A stretch of DNA of 64,000 nucleotides from the sequence record PQ850631.1, one strand, 5' to 3'. This DNA comes from Escherichia phage VerenaGrendelmeier_Bas101. Both the position numbers and the translations under genes were made by a program. Positions 57,830 through 64,000 of the stretch are shown piece after piece; the first letter of the stretch is position 1, and the number at the start of each line of letters is the position of its first letter. The notes beneath the pieces are model-generated. The model was not told the DNA's origin and made no database searches. It saw only the letters and a list, made by a program, of their open reading frames with translations.

Positions 57830-58245
57830 TACAGCGTTACGATGTTGATTATTGCACGCAGCACGCTTGCACTTGTGAAGTTGTAAAGGATGATGAAGGC
57901 GGCTATGTTGAATATGAGGACTATGAATCACTACTCAAGCTTAATGAGTCGCTAACAAAAGAGATTGAGCAATACCGCGAGCGCATCAAAGTCGCTGAAG
58001 ATATTATCAAGCTTTTTAGCGAGGCTGTTGAGAAATACAAGGAGCGCAACGTACCGATTAAGGAGGAAGCGTGGACCGTGTGGCGTGGTGGCGATAATCC
58101 GGTGCCTGGTGAGATTGTTGAATACAAGCTGCGCAATGGAGGTGATAAAGTTCTGTCGAGACTTTCTGATCATCTTCACTGGGGTCATATAGGCGCGTTA
58201 AAGGGCAGCGACATCATTGCTTATCGGGTCGTTAAGGAGGGGTGA
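57826..58245 (+). CDS. early protein with shared C-terminal NPVPG...DIIAYRVV domain
   Basis: start at ATG 57826 overlapping upstream stop; CxxC-like N-terminus CTQHACTC. Confidence 0.45.
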   Translation: MIQRYDVDYCTQHACTCEVVKDDEGGYVEYEDYESLLKLNESLTKEIEQYRERIKVAEDIIKLFSEAVEKYKERNVPIKEEAWTVWRGGDNPVPGEIVEYKLRNGGDKVLSRLSDHLHWGHIGALKGSDIIAYRVVKEG

Positions 58246-58694
58246 TGGGCAAACGGCTTATCGCCGCTGGTTGGGCCATACCGAAGTGGGGCCATCGTGC
58301 GCATTACTTTGACGAAGGAGAAGGGCAAAGCCTTTGTGGTCGCGCAACATATTTCGGTGATGAGCGCGTCAGCGGCGATTATATCGATTCGCTTTTAGGT
58401 AAAGGTGATTGCAAGAAGTGCCAAAATATATTAAGAGATATTCTTACGCAAAAAGGATTGCTTGAGCTTGATGAATCGGAAGAAGTAATTGATCTTAAGC
58501 TGGAAGCCAATCACCTTATTAATATGTTCAAGAATTATTACTTAACTAATATGCGCTCAAAGATGCGTAAGGAAGTAATAGAAGAGGTACTCACTTACAA
58601 TCCTTTAAGGATGAATAAAACTAAATTGAAGAAGTTTAATATAATGATAAGGAAGGAATTTAAAAGGCTTGGAGTGAAGAATTTTATATTTTAA
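58242..58694 (+). CDS. hypothetical early protein with Cys cluster
   Basis: 150 aa; CGRATYFGD...CKKCQ; last gene before terminator. Confidence 0.4.
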   Translation: MMGKRLIAAGWAIPKWGHRAHYFDEGEGQSLCGRATYFGDERVSGDYIDSLLGKGDCKKCQNILRDILTQKGLLELDESEEVIDLKLEANHLINMFKNYYLTNMRSKMRKEVIEEVLTYNPLRMNKTKLKKFNIMIRKEFKRLGVKNFIF

Positions 58695-58710
58695 TAGTGA
58701 TTAATGTTAA

Positions 58711-58736
58711 GAGGGCCGATTGGCCCTTTTTGTTTG
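58711..58736 (+). terminator. rho-independent terminator ending early operon
   Basis: GGGCC / GGCCC stem, 4-nt loop, then 9-nt T-run. Confidence 0.65.
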
Positions 58737-58744
58737 CCTGTGGT

Positions 58745-58980
58745 ATGTGAGGATTTATTATCGGATAAAGCGATTGATTTGTGCAAATCTATTAGAGGGT
58801 CATGGGTAGTGAGGATTGTGACGTGAATTTTGTGTCTTGAATATGTGTGCGAATCTGGAAGATTATTGTACTGTGGTGCTGTGGGATTGTAGAGGGAATC
58901 ACTAGGAATTGGAGCGTGTACCGTGGTGTGTGGTCCTGTAGGCTGCGCCGTCTATGGGATTGTCGCTTGAAATTAAAAAG
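58745..58980. repeat. G+T-rich non-coding stretch with GGATTGT repeats
   Basis: plus strand has very few C; GAGGATTGTG at about 58811, GGGATTGTAG at about 58883, GGGATTGTCG at about 58966, plus degenerate copies. Confidence 0.5.
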
Positions 58981-59021
58981 GAGATATAGTTAGCTGGCTA
59001 ACCTTACGCATAGAATTTAAG

Positions 59022-59310
59022 CGTATAATGACGTAAGATTTGGACCTATCCGTAGTTCACTCCACACACTTCTATGGTGCGCCGCGACTGGGTTCAGTGG
59101 TACATCTTACGGATGATACGGATGATACGCGTCGCCGCTATACTTTATACAACTTTGAAAAAAACAATTAACTCCATTTTGAATTAATTTAAATTAATTT
59201 TTTTCTACATCCTCATACTTATACTAAACTTATATTTATACGTATTATCCGTAAGATATAAGTAAAAACAAAGACTTGCGGCAATACGGATGATACGTCA
59301 CGATACGCTT
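59022..59310. repeat. control region B: same 14-mer CGTATAATGACGTA, iterons and AT-rich tract as region A
   Basis: 14-mer 59022-59035; CTTACGGATGATACGGATGATACGCGTCGCCGCTA 59107-59140 matches 6637-6666; iteron copies at 59046-59055, 59243-59257, 59282-59307; AT-rich 59145-59240. Confidence 0.6.
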
Positions 59311-59472
59311 CAACCAGCCAGCAGCGGCTAAGTCATTGATTTGCATAACAAGCGACGAAAGGGATGGATTTCTTTTATACGTATCAAACAGTACACCACG
59401 CACCACGGTCCGTTATCCATCCAGCACTATGATTTGTGTACGTTTATAGCCATAATGAACATCAATCTGCAC

Positions 59473-59501
59473 TTGAATATAATGTCCATCCATTGTATAA
59501 T
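59473..59501 (+). promoter_or_regulatory. sigma70-like promoter (TTGAAT-17-TATAAT)
   Basis: -35 59473-59478, -10 59496-59501 with TG immediately upstream. Confidence 0.4.
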
Positions 59502-59521
59502 TCACACTATTAATTTGCACT

Positions 59522-60010
59522 ATGGGATTTTGCACTATGAGTCAAGATTATGTAGCGATGCCTGAAGACTTTGAAGACCCGCGATTCGCAGAGCACAATC
59601 AGGCTTTATTCGATGAGTTCATTGACCTTGTTATTCAGGGCCATGACATGCGCGCAGCTTTTGCACTAGTATTTGGAATGGAAGTTGCAACGGATAACTA
59701 CACTGGCCAGCGAATCCTTTGCACGCAACGCAATCCATACTACAAGATGCGCTTCAAAAAGCGTATGGAAGAGATGCCACTCAAGGATTTGTGGAGCGTA
59801 AAAGGTGCAATTCACAATTTGGTCAAGCTTGTGCGTGATCCAGAAGTCGCGGCGTCAGCCAAGCTTAATGCTATTCGTGAACTGAATATCATCTATGGCA
59901 TCACGATGATTGATGAAAACGGCAATAGTAAAATGGGCCGTTCTATGGACGATTTCTACAAGGATTTTGGAGAGGCGGCCAAAGAAGGCGAGCAATTCTC
60001 CCGCCACTAG
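59522..60010 (+). CDS. hypothetical protein
   Basis: 162-aa ORF; start region overlaps two TTTGCACTAT copies; start codon uncertain (59522 or 59537). Confidence 0.4.
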   Translation: MGFCTMSQDYVAMPEDFEDPRFAEHNQALFDEFIDLVIQGHDMRAAFALVFGMEVATDNYTGQRILCTQRNPYYKMRFKKRMEEMPLKDLWSVKGAIHNLVKLVRDPEVAASAKLNAIRELNIIYGITMIDENGNSKMGRSMDDFYKDFGEAAKEGEQFSRH

Positions 60011-60029
60011 CCAATTTGCACTATAAAAC

Positions 60030-60063
60030 GGCCCTAGAACACATTGTCTCCACTTCTAGGGCC
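60030..60063 (+). terminator. hairpin after 59522..60010 (weak U-tract)
   Basis: GGCCCTAGAA / TTCTAGGGCC 10-bp stem with 14-nt loop. Confidence 0.35.
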
Positions 60064-60124
60064 ATCGGTAATACGACGGGGAAGGTTGCAACCGTAAACG
60101 CGTTAGAAAGTGTATTATTATAAG

Positions 60125-60388
60125 TCATCTTTTAGTCACCTTACGTAACAATTTACGACCTTCAACCGTCCAATCGAACGACTCCACCAGCAGATTCGCA
60201 CTATAACCTAAGATGATGCGCCCTTTCTCGTTATCGACCCGCCAACAAGTCTCGAATAGCATTCGATTTGCACTATTAACTATCGCCGCAACGCGCGTTG
60301 GGTAAACGCAATTTGCACTATGGTCGTAAAGGGATAAGGTGCGACCACTTCCGATGGACAATGTAGCGATGAGAATAAGCGTATTCAT
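60125..60388 (-). CDS. hypothetical small protein
   Basis: 87-aa ORF; three in-frame TTTGCACTAT copies translate as SAN tripeptides; weak support. Confidence 0.3.
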   Translation of the reverse strand: MNTLILIATLSIGSGRTLSLYDHSANCVYPTRVAAIVNSANRMLFETCWRVDNEKGRIILGYSANLLVESFDWTVEGRKLLRKVTKR

Positions 60389-60438
60389 AAGCCACCAATT
60401 TGCACTATGAAAAGCGACCCCGAAGGGCCGCCATTCGA

Positions 60439-61065
60439 TTAGATAATCTGGAATGTGTAGGACTTGTTGCCGAACTCAAAGTTCAAGCGTCCAGCTTCTT
60501 TAAGCTTCATGCGGAAGCGAATGTGCTTACTATCCGGTAAGCCCAGCGCGGCGAACGCCACGCGGACCGATTTGAACTCGCCTACACCCTCGACCATAAC
60601 GCCGTTACGCGTGAGACGCTTTTGCGCCACTTCCTTGTTATCCCAACTTTTTGCAATACCTTCGCTATTCGAACGGCGATGGGAAGGAGTTCCATTTTGC
60701 ACTACGCAATTTGCACTATCGTTTAGGCCGCTTTTAACGAAGGCTTCATACTCTTCGTCGGTCATCGCGTCGAGTTCTTCCTGGGTCGGCTCGGCCTTTT
60801 TAACGACCGCACGCGCCTTATGCGTTTTTACATCGCTGGACACTTCCTCGCGCGGCTTCGCGTCGGGAATGGGCGATTCGTTGGACGGCTCATCGAGCGC
60901 GTTTAAGGACTCGATTAACGCGATTACGCGAGTCTCGGCGGTACGGCGGTCCGCAAATTTCTTAATCGGCTTCGAACCGGAATTTGCATTATAAAATGCA
61001 ACGAGGTCGGCGGTCTTAGTTGCGATAACGTCGCCGCTAGTCGAGAAACGATTTAAGCTAACCAT
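60439..61065 (-). CDS. hypothetical protein
   Basis: 208 aa; conserved initiation region ATAGGAGTTCATT-ATG. Confidence 0.45.
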   Translation of the reverse strand: MVSLNRFSTSGDVIATKTADLVAFYNANSGSKPIKKFADRRTAETRVIALIESLNALDEPSNESPIPDAKPREEVSSDVKTHKARAVVKKAEPTQEELDAMTDEEYEAFVKSGLNDSANCVVQNGTPSHRRSNSEGIAKSWDNKEVAQKRLTRNGVMVEGVGEFKSVRVAFAALGLPDSKHIRFRMKLKEAGRLNFEFGNKSYTFQII

Positions 61066-61145
61066 AATGAACTCCTATTTGTTAGGGCGCTAGGCGCGAA
61101 AGAATTTTATTAAAGCGCCGCGCGCGACGCTCTAAAAATCCTCTC

Positions 61146-61460
61146 TTACTCTTCGTCGTCTTCGATTAATTCGAGGGCGAAGGCGTAAGCTTTGCTATCG
61201 TAATTAACTAAAACGGCGAGTTCGAACTCGTTAATAAACGCCGTTTTACCGCATAAATTTAATTCCGCATCGACTTCGAAGAATCCGTTTTCGTCGCGCT
61301 CTAAGCGAGAAGCAGCGAGTTGCTCGATTACCGTCGCGTCGTTAATTTCTTCGCCTAAGCGAACGCCGGAGAATTTCGCGAGAATTTCGCCGTAAGTAAG
61401 CGTAACGCCCTGGACTTCGGCGGTTGCGTTTTCGAGGGTAAAGCGGGTAACGATAGCCAT
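61146..61460 (-). CDS. small acidic protein
   Basis: 104 aa ending LIEDDEE; conserved initiation region CTAGGAGTTTATT-ATG. Confidence 0.45.
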   Translation of the reverse strand: MAIVTRFTLENATAEVQGVTLTYGEILAKFSGVRLGEEINDATVIEQLAASRLERDENGFFEVDAELNLCGKTAFINEFELAVLVNYDSKAYAFALELIEDDEE

Positions 61461-61600
61461 AATAAACTCCTAGTTGGGAGAGGCGTTAACGACCTATTCG
61501 TTAACTCATCCCGTCCCGATATGAGTACATTATAATATAGTGTAGAAAAAAGTAAAGCACTTTTTCGATAAAAATGCGATAAATTATTTTATCTTTTTTC

Positions 61601-61628
61601 TTTACTTCTTCGTACACTCGCGTATACT
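61601..61628 (+). promoter_or_regulatory. sigma70-like promoter (TTTACT-16-TATACT)
   Basis: within direct repeat CTTTACTTCTTCGTACACT also found at 62003. Confidence 0.45.
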
Positions 61629-61684
61629 TGTTTATATCGAGACGGGCGATGGCCCTTCCTTCTACTAGCATCGGGAGTTTTATT

Positions 61685-61987
61685 ATGACCACTTTAATCT
61701 CTTCTATCCTTACTTACGACGAAGACCGTTTAACCGTTCGCTCTCTTATCGCCGCCGTTAACGCGGAACTAGAATCCACCATTATTAAGGTCCGCGCGGT
61801 CGCTTTCGTCGGCCTTTCCTTCGACGATATTAAGTACGCCGAACGTAGCGCCATCCGCTTCGCGAAGACCGACGACGAAGCCGTTACCCTTATCGAGACG
61901 GTTACGCCGCGCGGCGAAGCGTTAATTATCGTCGAGTATATCGACGTAGAAGGCGATAAGGCTTATAAATATTTTATTGCAGAATAA
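61685..61987 (+). CDS. small acidic protein
   Basis: start at ATG 61685 behind GGGAGTTTTATT; 100 aa. Confidence 0.45.
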   Translation: MTTLISSILTYDEDRLTVRSLIAAVNAELESTIIKVRAVAFVGLSFDDIKYAERSAIRFAKTDDEAVTLIETVTPRGEALIIVEYIDVEGDKAYKYFIAE

Positions 61988-61998
61988 CGAAAAAGTGC

Positions 61999-62027
61999 TT
62001 TACTTCTTCGTACACTAAGACTATAAT
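61999..62027 (+). promoter_or_regulatory. sigma70-like promoter (TTTACT-17-TATAAT)
   Basis: -35 61999-62004, -10 62022-62027; paralogous to promoter at 61601. Confidence 0.5.
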
Positions 62028-62094
62028 GTTTTATATCGAGAGGGGATGAGGTAGCGAATAGGTCGCTACCCGCCCGACCAACTAGGAGATTATT

Positions 62095-62385
62095 ATGATT
62101 ACTTTAGCCGCTATCCGTTCCGCTCGCGTCGAGACTTCCGAAAACTCTAACGTATTTGGCGAAACCTTAGAGAGCGTTTATCTCTCTAACGTAGACGCAA
62201 CTATCGAACCTATTTATGAGCCGATCAACTTCCTCGACCTTTACAAGTATCGCGACGAGGACATCGTATCATCCCGCGTAACGATTAACGGCTTCGTCTA
62301 TACGATTACCGAAATCGGCGGCGAATATCTCGCTGTACCGCAACTCGGCGGCGAAGTAACTTATTTTAAAATTGTCTCCTTATAA
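62095..62385 (+). CDS. small acidic protein
   Basis: 96 aa; conserved initiation region CTAGGAGATTATT-ATG; 5' UTR hairpin GGTAGCG / CGCTACC 62050-62070. Confidence 0.45.
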   Translation: MITLAAIRSARVETSENSNVFGETLESVYLSNVDATIEPIYEPINFLDLYKYRDEDIVSSRVTINGFVYTITEIGGEYLAVPQLGGEVTYFKIVSL

Positions 62386-62404
62386 TATCCTTCCGTTACT
62401 AATA

Positions 62405-62430
62405 GGCCGCGCTTAGTCGCGGCTTTTCTT
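62405..62430 (+). terminator. rho-independent terminator
   Basis: GCCGCG / CGCGGC stem, 6-nt loop, then TTTTCTT. Confidence 0.55.
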
Positions 62431-62549
62431 CGTCCCTATCTCGATGCGCTTCTCCGCGAAAACTCCTTTATCCTTCCCTTCGTCGTCGCATAATCTTCGT
62501 CGAGATGCGCCTTAGTTCGCATAACAGGTATTACGTTAAATGGAGAACA

Positions 62550-63012
62550 TCGCGTAAGTCCTTGTTTTATATAGACACCTATATCGGACCGTTAGGGCGG
62601 GTCGCGTAAGTCGTTGTTTTATAAAGGCGCAAAACTTTCCCTTCGTTCCGAACTAAAACGAGGAATATGCCGACCCTTCGCCCGAAAATAGTACGCATGC
62701 GAAATCACATGCATCTCGAATAATCCCCACCGATATTATCCTACACGCAATCATTCGCTTTCGAATCATTATGCTTCATATTATTATGCGTCGAATCATT
62801 CGCTTTCGAATTGTAACGCTGGAAACTGTAACGGCGATTGATTATTGCGTTCGTGTGGTTTTTAGGGCATGGGTCTTTTGGTGCGTTTTGGTGCTTGATG
62901 GAATTTGCGGTACACTAATCAAAATACGACACATTTGGTCCACTAACTTTTCAAAGAAAAAGTCCTAGACAGTACCGTACTATTTTGTACCCACAGGAAT
63001 TTGCAGTACACT
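62550..63012. repeat. non-coding region with three families of direct repeats
   Basis: TCGCGTAAGTCnTTGTTTTATA at 62550 and 62602; AATCATTCGCTTTCGAAT at 62749 and 62794; GGAATTTGCrGTACACT at 62900 and 62996. Confidence 0.55.
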
Positions 63013-63082
63013 CCTGCGCGGCAGGCAAAATAAAGGGCCGCCCTAAGCGACCCACGATTCATGGTTAAATCAGCAACACCCA

Positions 63083-63463
63083 CTATTCACTCTTATGGGC
63101 ATCACCAAATCCATCAGCAATCTGGCTGATCAACGACTCAATGGACACAGTTTTACCAATTGATCGAGCGGTTATGGCGAGCATATTATCAATCAAACCA
63201 CGATTGGCTTCACATGTTCCAGGCTTTAATTCATCTTTAGGACCACCAAAAAGCTGGTCGCGCAGACTTTCAAGAGAACGCTCAATATTTTCCAACTTCT
63301 CTTCTAAATCGGATTGGCGACGTAAAACCCACGTCAAGTCACGGTTGCCAACTTCCAATCCATCAGAATAGCAAGGTGGAGCGTCAATTTTGATGCTGGA
63401 ACCAAAAGCAGTGCCGCTGCCTTTAGTATAAGTATGGCTCATAGAATCATTTTTATTTGACAT
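63083..63463 (-). CDS. hypothetical protein with coiled-coil-like segment
   Basis: start moved to internal ATG (plus 63461-63463) behind AAGG. Confidence 0.35.
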   Translation of the reverse strand: MSNKNDSMSHTYTKGSGTAFGSSIKIDAPPCYSDGLEVGNRDLTWVLRRQSDLEEKLENIERSLESLRDQLFGGPKDELKPGTCEANRGLIDNMLAITARSIGKTVSIESLISQIADGFGDAHKSE

Positions 63464-63525
63464 ATCATTACCTTTAATATTTGGGTGATTAACAATAACT
63501 ATAATAAAGCCGCATAGCGCGGCAT

Positions 63526-63786
63526 TCAAATCGATTTATTAATTGTGACGATTGGATTCATCAATCGATACCAATTGCGCAGGGTCGCCGGATACCGTTG
63601 AGCCGATGATACCCATCTGAGAGAAAATTCTGAATAAACTTCTTTCCAGTACTTGCGCGCAGCTTTCTGGGCTTGCCCTTTGCGCTTATAACTTTTGCCT
63701 TGAAAGATGAAGCGGTCTTTTGGAGCGTAATACTCCACCACACCTTCCAGCCATTGTAAGAATGCTACTGATTCATTTTGATTCAT
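63526..63786 (-). CDS. hypothetical small basic protein
   Basis: 86-aa ORF; GAGG RBS. Confidence 0.4.
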   Translation of the reverse strand: MNQNESVAFLQWLEGVVEYYAPKDRFIFQGKSYKRKGQAQKAARKYWKEVYSEFSLRWVSSAQRYPATLRNWYRLMNPIVTINKSI

Positions 63787-63793
63787 GTTAACC

Positions 63794-64000
63794 TCAATAT
63801 TTTAATAAGAAAGCACCCAACCAACTTTCCTCGACCTCGCGGCCAGTAGCCACACGGTCGGTCTTGGCTATGGGTCTGGATTCGCCGCAGGGCAACCCGT
63901 CCTGTAGATGTGTACTATTGCCAATTCTCACCATGACCTTTCCATCAGGGTCGATATAAGCGCGACAACCCATGATTTCGAGTCGTTGTAGACACTGGCG
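63794..64000 (-). CDS. hypothetical protein, 5' end beyond window
   Basis: open minus-strand frame running off the window end; stop at plus 63794-63796, coupled to downstream gene. Confidence 0.3.
   Translation of the reverse strand, partial: RQCLQRLEIMGCRAYIDPDGKVMVRIGNSTHLQDGLPCGESRPIAKTDRVATGREVEESWLGAFLLKY

Larger units (their letters stand above)
59514..60992. repeat. dispersed array of about 10 same-orientation copies of TTTGCACTAT
   Basis: copies at 59514, 59529, 60015, 60195 (TTCGCACTAT), 60267, 60312, 60399, 60696 (TTTGCACTAC), 60710, 60983 (TTTGCATTAT); intergenic and inside minus-strand ORFs. Confidence 0.6.

Noticed and set aside
58745-59320. tRNA genes in the large non-coding region
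   Set aside because: No cloverleaf-compatible segment with a T-arm GTTC-type motif and matching acceptor stem was found by eye; a tRNA scan was not run.
59522-60010. Small terminase subunit, with the TTTGCACTAT repeats as pac sites
   Set aside because: The protein lacks a recognisable small-terminase pattern and the gene is separated from the large terminase by the window boundary and several minus-strand genes.
59514-60992. TTTGCACTAT as a T7-type single-subunit RNA polymerase promoter (the CACTAT core resembles T7/SP6 promoters)
   Set aside because: No single-subunit RNA polymerase-sized gene is visible in this window and the copies sit inside opposite-strand ORFs; kept as an unexplained repeat only.
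60464-60994. 176-aa plus-strand ORF overlapping 60439..61065
   Set aside because: Ser/Leu-rich antisense-type composition and no RBS, whereas the minus-strand ORF has the conserved TAGGAG initiation region.
1-64000. Integrase, repressor or attachment site indicating a prophage
   Set aside because: No tyrosine or serine recombinase-like ORF and no CI/Cro-like divergent pair was recognised.

Overview
The window reads as most of a tailed dsDNA phage genome with no lysogeny genes, rRNA, tRNA or CRISPR array visible. All calls rest on reading the ORF translations and the DNA by eye; no searches were run. Layout: (1) 1-28.5 kb, plus-strand late module: large terminase, portal-like protein, MuF-like head protein, scaffold-like and capsid proteins, sheath/tube, tape measure with a lytic transglycosylase motif, baseplate and fibre proteins, endolysin. 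(2) 28.5-46.1 kb, minus-strand module: DNA ligase, MazG-like enzyme, an embedded spanin pair, SNF2 helicase, VRR-NUC nuclease, PolIII-alpha-like polymerase with a DnaQ-like exonuclease, an enzyme island (VOC, SDR, HAD, ThyX-like, FAD oxidoreductase) and a Dda-like helicase. (3) 46.2-58.7 kb, plus-strand early region: primase-like proteins and about 30 small coupled ORFs with paralogous domains. (4) 58.7-64 kb: a repeat-dense control region and an island of small acidic genes. The strongest leads for something undescribed are a pyrophosphatase-like domain fused to the portal C-terminus, a ThyX-like enzyme island with an altered signature motif, two self-promoted two-gene cassettes, two homologous iteron-bearing control regions 52 kb apart, and a cluster of TTTGCACTAT repeats overlapping the small-acidic-gene island.
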